DNA of 50,891 nucleotides from Minisyncoccia bacterium (GCA_044341565.1 JBIIRM010000006.1:1-50891); one strand, 5' to 3'. Shown: positions 35,690-44,160, counted from the first letter of the stretch. Notes: generated by a model from the sequence alone, not told the origin. Numbers and translations: made by a program.

Positions 35690-36913
35690 CTAGACTTTTT
35701 TCTTTTCTCGAATTACTCCATACAAGATCACAAGGAATAATAGAGACAGATCATTTTTCCAAAAAGGCGTGTCCAATAGCCCATACAAATATATAGAGAT
35801 AAGGCTGAGGTTGAGCCAATACAAGTCCCATTTACCATCGCGAATAGTCCCAATAAGACGAGATATAGTAAATCTCAGTATAGCAATAAGCCATATAATA
35901 CCTCCAATACCAAGATGTAGCCAAAAAGCAAAATAGAGATTATGAGGTTCAGGAACTAGCCATTCATAAGGAGGGAAATATTTCTTTGGAATTGTCTCAG
36001 TATATACTCTCTGAAAATCAACAAGTCCAATACCAAGAATAGGGGACTGAGCTATCATAGTGGTTGCGGTATCCCAAATTTGAGCCCTAGTCGTAATAGA
36101 ATTACGATTATCCATATCGAGTAGGGTTTTGAATTTAGGCGTATTCATTTGCCAAATTCCAAATAATACTAACCCCAATATTCCCAAAGCTAGAATACTC
36201 GGTTTTATTAATGGTTTTGATGTCTTTCTATTATTCTTAAGGCGCAATACGAATCGAGTTATTCCCCATATCATAAATACCCCTGCTAAGGCAAAAATTC
36301 CCGCATATGATTGAGTTATAATAATTCCTATAAATAATATCGTACCGATAGTATATCGTAATTCTACGGGTAAATTCTTACGAGATAGAGTAAGTACAAG
36401 TATAGGGACAAGATACATTGCAATATAATTAGAGAATCCCCCCTGAGCCACAGCAGAATCCAATCCAAAAGCATACAGGGCAGTGGGACGGAAACTAGAA
36501 TTAAAGCCAACTATTACCACTTGCACTATAGATATAATAGCGACAACAACTCCAGAACCAATAATTCCCCTCAAGAATACCCGATAGGCATCTGTTTTCA
36601 CCTGAGATATAATCCAAATCAATAGTATTGGTAATACAAAATACGCCTTCCAAACACCTAAACTTCCTCTCAAATCCTGACTAATGAGAACCCCAATACT
36701 AGCCAATAAGAGAAGACTCCCAAATATCACAAATTCTCTGCTGCGATATGTCTCTAATTTCGTAAAAGAAGCCCAGTTTTTGTATTGTAATAGGAATACA
36801 AAAGCCACAAAAACAATACCCATTTCTAGTATATTCGTTGGTATTCCCAAAATAGGAAATCGTATCACATAAAATGGGATAATAAGCCCTAGTATAAAAA
36901 GTAATTTGTTCAT
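35690..36913 (-). CDS. O-antigen ligase-like (Wzy_C) polytopic membrane protein
   Basis: Polytopic, with an SPILGIGLVDFQRVY motif. Confidence 0.75.
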   Translation of the reverse strand: MNKLLFILGLIIPFYVIRFPILGIPTNILEMGIVFVAFVFLLQYKNWASFTKLETYRSREFVIFGSLLLLASIGVLISQDLRGSLGVWKAYFVLPILLIWIISQVKTDAYRVFLRGIIGSGVVVAIISIVQVVIVGFNSSFRPTALYAFGLDSAVAQGGFSNYIAMYLVPILVLTLSRKNLPVELRYTIGTILFIGIIITQSYAGIFALAGVFMIWGITRFVLRLKNNRKTSKPLIKPSILALGILGLVLFGIWQMNTPKFKTLLDMDNRNSITTRAQIWDTATTMIAQSPILGIGLVDFQRVYTETIPKKYFPPYEWLVPEPHNLYFAFWLHLGIGGIIWLIAILRFTISRLIGTIRDGKWDLYWLNLSLISIYLYGLLDTPFWKNDLSLLFLVILYGVIREKKKV

Positions 36914-38088
36914 ACTAATAAGAATAATATAAAGATTAATATATGAGGGAAGAATATACTATTCACAAACATAGAATGGGCCAAAATTAATCCCCAAGAA
37001 CCAATAATAGCCACACCCCAAGTTCTATGCAATCCTCCTAAACCAAGTCTCTTCCAAGCCCGAACTAGAGAGGCCAATACAATAGCTAAGAATAACCCGA
37101 GTCCAATAATTCCACCCGTGAGCCAAAGAGTAAGTATACTACTATCTCGACCCGAAGCAGAATTCAGTTCAGATGGAACCGTAGTTTGGTATTTAATCGT
37201 ATTATACCCAATACCAAATAAAGGACTCCTGTCTATATCACTGAGAGTTTCTCGCCAAGACTGGAGACGCAGAGAAGCTGTCACATCGAGATTAATAGCC
37301 CCTTGAATACGAGTTTGTAAACGCGGACTATTAATCACAATTAAGGATAATATAATGACAATAATTACAAAGGTTTTGCGAGAAATAAGTAAAGTCACCA
37401 GAGTAACTCCAATAAGAAAGGCCAGAAGCGCACTACGAGAATAAGTTAATACCAAAGCTCCGAGTACAATACCTAATCCGGTAATCCATATCAGCAATTG
37501 CCCAATAATAACCTTATTCCATTTTTTTATCTCCTGCAATACTACCAATATACGAGATAATATAATCACAAGAGCAAGCCCAAGAAATCCTCCCAGGAAA
37601 TTAGGATCATACCAAGTAGACAGTAGCCGCCCCTGATGAGGATCCCAACCAAATTGAGCCATAAAAGAAAAGTCTGGGAAAAGGATAAGCTGTATAAATC
37701 CTAATATAGATAACACCACACTAGATACAAAAACCATATACCATAGCTGATTATCTACTCGCTCAGCATTATTATTACGATAATCCACCAGAGGTAATAT
37801 CAGAGCCATATATGCCGCTAATCGGACCCAATATAACAGAGAACCTATTTCCCCACCCACAGCTGGGATAAAACTCAAATGTAAGAATAGAGAACCTAAG
37901 AGATATAAGAGCCAAATCGCAATCAGCACAATAGGTACCGAAAAAGGGAAATCCTTCTGCTTATCTCGAGATACCCACCAATATACCAGATAAATCGGTA
38001 CTAATATATCCGTCAAAACCCCCAAATCACCAATACGGGTAATTTGCCCTGTGATAACGCTAGCTATTAATATCCAATATCCTATCAT
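36910..38088 (-). CDS. O-antigen ligase-like (Wzy_C) polytopic membrane protein
   Basis: Polytopic, with an SPLFGIGYNTIKY motif. Has a 4-nt overlap with the downstream paralog. Confidence 0.75.
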   Translation of the reverse strand: MIGYWILIASVITGQITRIGDLGVLTDILVPIYLVYWWVSRDKQKDFPFSVPIVLIAIWLLYLLGSLFLHLSFIPAVGGEIGSLLYWVRLAAYMALILPLVDYRNNNAERVDNQLWYMVFVSSVVLSILGFIQLILFPDFSFMAQFGWDPHQGRLLSTWYDPNFLGGFLGLALVIILSRILVVLQEIKKWNKVIIGQLLIWITGLGIVLGALVLTYSRSALLAFLIGVTLVTLLISRKTFVIIVIILSLIVINSPRLQTRIQGAINLDVTASLRLQSWRETLSDIDRSPLFGIGYNTIKYQTTVPSELNSASGRDSSILTLWLTGGIIGLGLFLAIVLASLVRAWKRLGLGGLHRTWGVAIIGSWGLILAHSMFVNSIFFPHILIFILFLLV

Positions 38089-38201
38089 ATATTCAGATTA
38101 TATAGCTTCATTATACTCTTTTGTCCAGAATTGTGCTATATGTAAGTGTTTTTTATTCTATAATTATGATATACTATATAAACATAATTAATTATTTCAA
38201 T

Positions 38202-38525
38202 ATGTCTAAAATACCTAAATTCATACTATTTACCCTTATAGGTCTTGGGGTATTTCTTATTATAGGATTTGTTGGAGGAGCTATAGCATTTAATACCCTT
38301 ATTAAGCCGAATATTGCTAATCTTTCTGAACCTGTCGCTAATATATCTGCTCCTATTATTGAAGAAGGAGAACAAATTGCACAAGAAGGAATAGAGCAGG
38401 GAAAACAAGAATCCCAGAATATTATTTCCGAAATTATTCAAGCTAATATGGCTGCAGTTCGAGAACAAATTATCTCTACCTTTACTATTGGAGGAGGAGA
38501 AGGAGAGTCTGAAGGAGGAGAATAA
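38202..38525 (+). CDS. hypothetical membrane-anchored protein with acidic Gly/Glu tail
   Basis: ATG at 38202 (MSKIPKFILFTLIGLGVFLIIGF...GGGEGESEGGE). The ORF-track start is TTG at 38121. Confidence 0.55.
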   Translation: MSKIPKFILFTLIGLGVFLIIGFVGGAIAFNTLIKPNIANLSEPVANISAPIIEEGEQIAQEGIEQGKQESQNIISEIIQANMAAVREQIISTFTIGGGEGESEGGE

Positions 38526-38564
38526 TATATTATCCTACACTACTATTGTGTTTGTTATTAATTA

Positions 38565-38593
38565 TTGACAAAATAATATATTTGTGATATAAT
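38565..38593 (+). promoter_or_regulatory. promoter of GC-rich ORF 38622-38831
   Basis: TTGACA (38565-38570), 17-nt spacer, TGATATAAT (hexamer at 38588-38593). The upstream module TTTGTTATTAATTATTGACAAAATAAT is repeated at 38958-38985. Confidence 0.65.
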
Positions 38594-38621
38594 TATATTA
38601 GATTTGATCCTTTTTAGAACC

Positions 38622-38831
38622 ATGTCTAATACCGTCTCTCCTCTCACCATTCAAGGTAAGGAGATTCAAGTTGGCTCACAGTTCTGGGATGGCCGTATCG
38701 GGTATATAGTCACCTTTATCACAAAAGGTGACTCAATTGCCTTCTCAAGGCTCGATGGTTTACCCCAAACCGCCATGCCCTTCAGTTGGTTCAGGAAATG
38801 GCTAGAACCTCCCGCCAAAAATCCTTCATGA
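38622..38831 (+). CDS. hypothetical protein, compositionally atypical (GC3-rich) orphan ORF
   Basis: 69 aa (MSNTVSPLTIQGKEIQVGSQFWDGRIGYIV...) with C/G-ending codons and a TGA stop. It has its own promoter and terminator. Confidence 0.6.
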   Translation: MSNTVSPLTIQGKEIQVGSQFWDGRIGYIVTFITKGDSIAFSRLDGLPQTAMPFSWFRKWLEPPAKNPS

Positions 38832-38838
38832 GTCCCAA

Positions 38839-38865
38839 AGCTCCGCATCAAGTGGGGCTTTTTTG
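38839..38865 (+). terminator. intrinsic terminator
   Basis: AGCTCCGC-ATCAA-GTGGGGCT followed by TTTTTT. Confidence 0.7.
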
Positions 38866-38866
38866 T

Positions 38867-38953
38867 TTCAATCTAAAACCTCATCAATAATCCCAAATGT
38901 ATTGGCATTAGGAGGAGATTCCAATAATCACTATACCATTTGGTTATATATTT
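38867..38953. repeat. degenerate copy of the ldcA / GT2 convergent gene junction (direct repeat A)
   Basis: The core at 38888-38953 matches 40721-40786 at 63 of 66 nt. On the minus strand it still reads KYITKWYSDYWNLLLMPIHLGLLMRF*, a relic of the GT2 C-terminus. Confidence 0.9.
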
Positions 38954-38969
38954 AAACTTTTGTTATTTA

Positions 38970-38998
38970 TTGACAAAAGTAATTTATTATGGTAATGT
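38970..38998 (+). promoter_or_regulatory. promoter of GC-rich ORF 39064-39618
   Basis: TTGACA (38970-38975), 17-nt spacer, TGGTAATGT (hexamer at 38993-38998). Confidence 0.6.
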
Positions 38999-39063
38999 GT
39001 TTTTGTAAAAATGTACTCCTGTATTATTTTTACAACCTGTTCATTTCACATTTAGAGTTTGTA

Positions 39064-39618
39064 ATGGCTCAAGCAACCCTACTTTTTCAGGCAACCCTGT
39101 ATCCCGAGGCTCCCTTGGGTGATCAGATCATTCCAGCGGTTCCTGGAGAGTTTTATGCATACTCCTCCTACTTCACCGAGGAGAAGTCTGTCTACACTCT
39201 TCTGAAGTGCAAGTCCAACAAATGCCGCAAGGTTGCGGATATGCACTTGCTGGGGAGTGATGTGAATCTGATCTTCACATTCCACCCATTCCAGCTGTAC
39301 TCCATCAAAGGTGCGGTTGATGCTGGGCTGATCAACACCTCTTTCAATACCAGCACCCTCGATGACACCTGGGTCGCCCCCGCCAATATCTCTGCGGAGG
39401 ACTTCTACAATATCTGGCAAGATCATGATGAAACCTCCCTCAAAACCCACTGCCTCAAGGCCTTGGGAAATCCCGAAAACCGGATGTCGGCTCTTTCGAT
39501 CAAACACAATGATGTCATTGCGATGATGACTGGAAGTGGAAAATATGGCATGTTCGTGATCAAAGAACTTCGTTCTGAGGTCATCTTGATCGATGCCTGC
39601 CACATTTTGCTCCAATAA
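39064..39618 (+). CDS. hypothetical protein, compositionally atypical (GC3-rich) orphan ORF
   Basis: 184 aa from ATG at 39064 (MAQATLLFQATLYPEAPLGDQ...). It shows a strong third-position C/G bias (tac tcc tcc tac ttc acc gag gag aag). The first 60 nt contain 32 G+C, versus 22 of 60 at the start of dnaA. It has its own promoter and terminator. The ORF-track start at 38989 lies inside the -10 element. Confidence 0.7.
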   Translation: MAQATLLFQATLYPEAPLGDQIIPAVPGEFYAYSSYFTEEKSVYTLLKCKSNKCRKVADMHLLGSDVNLIFTFHPFQLYSIKGAVDAGLINTSFNTSTLDDTWVAPANISAEDFYNIWQDHDETSLKTHCLKALGNPENRMSALSIKHNDVIAMMTGSGKYGMFVIKELRSEVILIDACHILLQ

Positions 39619-39640
39619 TCCATCAGCTGATCTCTGTTCC

Positions 39641-39667
39641 GCCACCAAGTCTCTTGGTGGCCTTTTT
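39641..39667 (+). terminator. intrinsic terminator
   Basis: GCCACCAAG-TCT-CTTGGTGGC followed by CTTTTT. Confidence 0.85.
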
Positions 39668-39733
39668 ATAAATAATCTAACTATATACATATCCCTTATA
39701 TACTTGTATACTAGTAATAATAATTTAATCTTT

Positions 39734-40723
39734 ATGAATACAATTATACCAAGTCGTCTCAAGCAAGGAGATAAAATAATGATTATATCTCCAGCTGATT
39801 CTTTATTTTTCTTAACTCCAGAGATGCAAAATATTGCCCAAAAGCGATTTCAAAACCTAGGTTTAGAATTAGTTTTTAGTAAAAATGCATATGAAGTTGA
39901 TGAGTTTGATTCTTCTTCTATTAAATTAAGGGTAGAAGATTTACATCAGGCTTTCCTAGACACTAGTATTAAAGGTATTTTTGCCTCTTATGGGGGTTAT
40001 AATAGTAATCAACTCCTACGATATGTTGATTGGGAAATTATTAGAAATAATCCCAAGATTTTTGTTGGTTACTCAGATATTACAGCTTTACAAAATGCTA
40101 TTTTTGCTAAGACAGGACTTATTACATATTCAGGTCCATTATATTCTAATTTCTCTCAAAAATTATATTTTGAATATACTTTAGACTATATTGAAAAATC
40201 TTTATTCCATACTGAAGAATATTCTGTATTACCAAGTGAATCTTGGAGTGATGATAATTGGTATAAAAATCAAGATAATCGTGATTTAATTCCTAATAAT
40301 GGGTGGTTACCTATTAATAAGGGTGAAGCTGAGGGTAGAATTCTTGGAGGAAATCTTTGTACATTTAATCTTCTACAAGGTACTGAGTATTTTCCAGACA
40401 TTACTAATTCCATTCTATTCCTTGAGGATGACTCTGAGGCATCTCTTGGTTTATTTGAAAGAGATTTACAATCTCTCATTCATTTACCAAATTTTAATAC
40501 TGTCAAAGGTATTGTTATTGGAAGATTTCAAAAGGAAAGCAAGGTAGCGGATGATTTACTTATTAAAGTAATTAAATCTAAACGAGAACTATATACTATT
40601 CCTATTATTGCAAATGTAGATTTTGGTCACACTGATCCTAAAATTACTTTCCCTATTGGAGGTAGAGCTAACCTTATTGTGAATGATTCTCAATCTAACC
40701 TAAAACTTTCCTCTCAACAATAA
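39734..40723 (+). CDS. ldcA: LD-carboxypeptidase (peptidase S66, LdcA/MccF family)
   Basis: Contains LKQGDKIMIISPADS, the nucleophile motif VGYSDITAL, and DFGHTDPKITFPIG. The likely start is ATG at 39734, whereas the ORF-track start at 39593 lies inside the previous gene. Confidence 0.85.
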   Translation: MNTIIPSRLKQGDKIMIISPADSLFFLTPEMQNIAQKRFQNLGLELVFSKNAYEVDEFDSSSIKLRVEDLHQAFLDTSIKGIFASYGGYNSNQLLRYVDWEIIRNNPKIFVGYSDITALQNAIFAKTGLITYSGPLYSNFSQKLYFEYTLDYIEKSLFHTEEYSVLPSESWSDDNWYKNQDNRDLIPNNGWLPINKGEAEGRILGGNLCTFNLLQGTEYFPDITNSILFLEDDSEASLGLFERDLQSLIHLPNFNTVKGIVIGRFQKESKVADDLLIKVIKSKRELYTIPIIANVDFGHTDPKITFPIGGRANLIVNDSQSNLKLSSQQ

Positions 40724-40786
40724 TCCCAAATGTATGGGCATTAGGAGGAGATTCCAATAATCACTATACCATTTGGCGATATATTT
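40687..40786. repeat. direct repeat B: the functional ldcA / GT2 convergent junction
   Basis: Covers the last codons of ldcA and the last ~29 codons of the GT2 gene. Matches 38867-38953. Confidence 0.9.
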
Positions 40787-41491
40787 CCTCTGGGCGATAT
40801 AATATCTCTCCTTGGTTTTACGAATATTGCTCTCTGATCCGCCTTCTTGATGCCAGACGGTTATTTGTTGTGTCCATTCTATATCCCTCCCTATTTGTTT
40901 AGCTCGCCGGCATAAATCTATATCTTCATAATACATAAAAAATTTCTCATCAAAGCCTCCAAGTTCCCTAAACAAGGCGGTCTCTATACAGAGTGATCCT
41001 CCACTTACCCAATCGGTGGATATAGTCTGTTCGGTGGGTGTTTGCCAGGATTTTTTAGCTGTATTGGTGATTATGCTCTGTGGTGTGGGGAAAACTCCAT
41101 ACTGATACTCTTGTATTCTCGTATTATTATCCACGAGAGCCAGTCCAATTATCCCGGTATTTTTACCAATTGTGGATATCATGTGGATATCTCCTTGTAT
41201 TCTAGTATCTGGGTTAATAATACATAGCCAATCTCCTATCGCAATATTCGCTCCTAGATTAACTCCTGATCCAAATCCATTATTGGTATCAGAATACACA
41301 ATATGTATTTTTTCTGTGGATAAGTCTTGGAGGCTATCTAGATTCTCTCCTGAATTATTATCAACTAATATTATCTCATATTCTCCTGTGATGGATGAGA
41401 TTATAGCTTTTATACAGTCTGCTAGATAATGCTTAGTCTTATATGAAACTATAATGAAGGATATCGTTTTATTCTTGAATATTGATGGCAT
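40700..41491 (-). CDS. family 2 glycosyltransferase
   Basis: Contains FIIVSYKTKHYLADCIKAI and IILVDNNSGE. Overlaps the ldcA 3' end by 24 nt. Confidence 0.85.
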   Translation of the reverse strand: MPSIFKNKTISFIIVSYKTKHYLADCIKAIISSITGEYEIILVDNNSGENLDSLQDLSTEKIHIVYSDTNNGFGSGVNLGANIAIGDWLCIINPDTRIQGDIHMISTIGKNTGIIGLALVDNNTRIQEYQYGVFPTPQSIITNTAKKSWQTPTEQTISTDWVSGGSLCIETALFRELGGFDEKFFMYYEDIDLCRRAKQIGRDIEWTQQITVWHQEGGSESNIRKTKERYYIAQRKYIAKWYSDYWNLLLMPIHLGLLLRGKF

Positions 41492-42905
41492 AATACTGTT
41501 TTATTCGATTAATTCCAAGGGGAAGAAGAGTAAGTCCAAATACTAATACAGCTATTATACTTTGGAAGAAAATATTAATATTTAAGTCTCTCATAAAGTA
41601 TAATACTATTCCCATTATTGCAGTGGCGACAAGTGTCAGTATATGTATCCATTGGAATCGTGGGAACCATTTCACATATCGCCTCACAAGATAAATATAG
41701 CTAATAAGTACTAGTCCCTCTGTTATAGCAGTTGCTGCTGCTGCACCAAAATAGGAATAGCGGGGTATAAGATAAATATTAAGTCCTACATTAAAGAAAG
41801 CTCCAATTATTGCAATATACATACTTTTATTCTGGAATTCGGCTCCTATCAAAATATGTCCCATAAGATTACCAAGGAATATAAAGCCTATTCCTACAAA
41901 TAATACTTGTAATGTGGCGGTAGCGGGGAGGAATTCAGATCCTGCGATAAGTTCCAGTATTTTACCAGATAATAGTATTCCTCCTACCGTTAATGGTATT
42001 GCTATAGTAAGAAGAATATTAAAAGCTTGCTGGAATACATGTTTGAATCTCTCTCTATCCTGTTTATAATATTTAGCAAAGAGGGGTAATAATAATCCCA
42101 TAAACATTCCTGGAAGAGCAATTAAAACCTCAAGAATTTTGTAGGCAGCTCCATATAATCCTACGGCACTTTGATCTTTCATTATAGATAACATAATGAC
42201 ATCTATTCGATAATAGATGAGATTAAAAGTAATAATAATAAAGAGGGGAAAGGCTTTTTTGAATATATATTTCCAATAAGGCCAATCAATATCTAATTTG
42301 AGAGGATAATATTTATAAGTGGCGGATATAACAAAAATAGCCTGAGCAATTCCTGCTATGCTATATATTACCATTACCCAGAATAAATTCACCGTACCGA
42401 GTAGGGTAAGGAGAATAACTCCTAATGTAAGGGTTATTCGAGCAATAAAATCTCCTATGGTTATTTTATCTGTGCGGAGTTTAGTCTGAAATACTCCTAC
42501 CAAAACCTGAGATAATGATGACCCTATTGTTCCTATAGCTCCCAGAGCCACTAGCCATTTTACTTCAGTAGAATAAGAGGGGATAAGCCATACGGCAAAA
42601 GAGGCAAATATCCCAATTATAGATATTGCCATTACGAGCCGAGCGGTGAACAAATTATTGATAATATTACCAGCTTCTTCCTCATCTTTACCGGCAATTT
42701 CGGTAGTAAGAAGTGCATTAAATCCATATTCAGCGATTACGCTCGCTATAATAAGATAACTCGTAATAGTAATATAGGCTCCAAATCCTTCTACTCCTAA
42801 TGTGGTAGTGAGTATACGTATAGAAATAAGCCCGACAGCTATCATCACAAATTTACCTAAAATTTGTATAATGCTATTCAGGGCTAATTTCTTATTAAGT
42901 GTCAT
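41469..42905 (-). CDS. polysaccharide/oligosaccharide flippase (Wzx, MOP superfamily)
   Basis: 478 aa with about 12-14 TM helices and a typical Wzx-like layout. Overlaps the GT2 start by 23 nt. Confidence 0.75.
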   Translation of the reverse strand: MTLNKKLALNSIIQILGKFVMIAVGLISIRILTTTLGVEGFGAYITITSYLIIASVIAEYGFNALLTTEIAGKDEEEAGNIINNLFTARLVMAISIIGIFASFAVWLIPSYSTEVKWLVALGAIGTIGSSLSQVLVGVFQTKLRTDKITIGDFIARITLTLGVILLTLLGTVNLFWVMVIYSIAGIAQAIFVISATYKYYPLKLDIDWPYWKYIFKKAFPLFIIITFNLIYYRIDVIMLSIMKDQSAVGLYGAAYKILEVLIALPGMFMGLLLPLFAKYYKQDRERFKHVFQQAFNILLTIAIPLTVGGILLSGKILELIAGSEFLPATATLQVLFVGIGFIFLGNLMGHILIGAEFQNKSMYIAIIGAFFNVGLNIYLIPRYSYFGAAAATAITEGLVLISYIYLVRRYVKWFPRFQWIHILTLVATAIMGIVLYFMRDLNINIFFQSIIAVLVFGLTLLPLGINRIKQYYAINIQE

Positions 42906-42914
42906 AGATGAGTA

Positions 42915-43673
42915 TTATTTTACCCCCTCTGCTTTATCAACTTGTCTTATAAGGAAAAATTCTTGTACTATTGTGAATACGGTTGTAGTAATCCAATATA
43001 GACTCATAGATGCTGGGAGTGAATAGGCAAATACTGTTACAAGAACTGGCATTAAAAATAACATTTGTTTATTGAGTATTGTAGCAAAATCTGGTGCTTC
43101 TGGCTTATCTGATTTTTTCTTTTTCTTATCCTTAACTTTTTTCGGCTGTGTTCGCTTCATAATAAGTCGAATCTGATAATACTGTGAAATTCCCACTAAA
43201 AGAGCAAGTATAATATTGTTTGGCTCAGCTATATTTAAAGAAAAGAATGACATATTATTAAACCCATTTTCTGGCAAAGTTACAAAAGAATAAAGCGCAG
43301 GATAGGTTTCAGGCTTGAATAAATTGAGAGATACCTGATAAATAGCAATAAGTATAGGAAGTTGCACTAATAACAATACTATTCCTGCAAATGGATTAAC
43401 ATTATGCTCTTTATAAGCTTTCATAAGCTCTTCAGAGAGCTTTTGTTTATCATCTTTATACTTTACCTGTAATTCTTTGATTATAGGTTGTATAATGGTG
43501 ATTTCTCGCTGGCTTTTTATACTAGCTCGATATAAAGGTATCATTAATACTCTTACAATAAGGGTGGTAAGTATAATTGCTAAACCAAGATTAGCTCCTG
43601 GTATAATATCATAGAAGAATACCATTGAGTTAAATAATGGTCGATATAATAATTCATTGAATAGCCATCCCAT
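42915..43673 (-). CDS. yidC: membrane protein insertase YidC (short form)
   Basis: 252 aa with a YidC/Oxa1 core pattern and a lysine-rich loop. Position is rpmH-rnpA-yidC. Confidence 0.88.
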   Translation of the reverse strand: MGWLFNELLYRPLFNSMVFFYDIIPGANLGLAIILTTLIVRVLMIPLYRASIKSQREITIIQPIIKELQVKYKDDKQKLSEELMKAYKEHNVNPFAGIVLLLVQLPILIAIYQVSLNLFKPETYPALYSFVTLPENGFNNMSFFSLNIAEPNNIILALLVGISQYYQIRLIMKRTQPKKVKDKKKKKSDKPEAPDFATILNKQMLFLMPVLVTVFAYSLPASMSLYWITTTVFTIVQEFFLIRQVDKAEGVK

Positions 43674-43682
43674 ACAGATTGT

Positions 43683-44003
43683 TTAGATTAAGGTATTAAT
43701 ATATTGAGTTAATTGCTCAAATACTTGAGTTTTGTTCTCTTGTTTTGGGCGATTGCGAACTAGTACAAGTATATCATAATGTCTAGTTTTTGTATCAATT
43801 TGCTTGCGAAATAATTCTCTTATTTGCCTTTTGAATCTATTTCGATTCACGGCAAGGGGTATATGTTTTTTGGAAATAATAATACCTAATCGAGTAATAT
43901 CTGTGTTCCTCTTGCGGGTATATATCTGAAATATATCAAGATATTGAGGCTTAATCTCAGCAAATATAGAGGCTATATCTGATGATTCATGCAGCCGCTC
44001 CAT
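43683..44003 (-). CDS. rnpA: ribonuclease P protein component
   Basis: 106 aa, basic, with an RNR-type motif (AVNRNRFKRQIRE). Lies downstream of rpmH. Confidence 0.88.
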   Translation of the reverse strand: MERLHESSDIASIFAEIKPQYLDIFQIYTRKRNTDITRLGIIISKKHIPLAVNRNRFKRQIRELFRKQIDTKTRHYDILVLVRNRPKQENKTQVFEQLTQYINTLI

Positions 44004-44025
44004 TGTGTTTTTTATATAAAGTAAA

Positions 44026-44160
44026 TTAGACGGATAATTTTGCTCGTCCTCTTGCTCGGCGTCGATTAATTAAAGCTCGTCCCGACTTTGTTGCCATACG
44101 AGACAAAAAGCCATGTCGACGATTTCTTTTACGATTCTTACTTGCTGCTCCTTTGATCAT
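44026..44160 (-). CDS. rpmH: 50S ribosomal protein L34
   Basis: 44 aa, below the ORF-track cutoff: [44 protein letters not shown]. Confidence 0.92.
   Translation of the reverse strand: MIKGAASKNRKRNRRHGFLSRMATKSGRALINRRRARGRAKLSV

Noticed and set aside
39079-39762. 227-aa minus-strand ORF (plus 39192-39386 and 39423-39623)
   Set aside because: It is open only because the segment is GC-rich. The promoter, the terminator and the third-position bias all support the plus-strand 184-aa ORF.
40700-40723. 24-nt overlap of the convergent ldcA and GT2 3' ends as a regulatory antisense feature
   Set aside because: Short convergent overlaps are common in compact genomes. It is notable only because the same junction is the duplicated repeat reported above.
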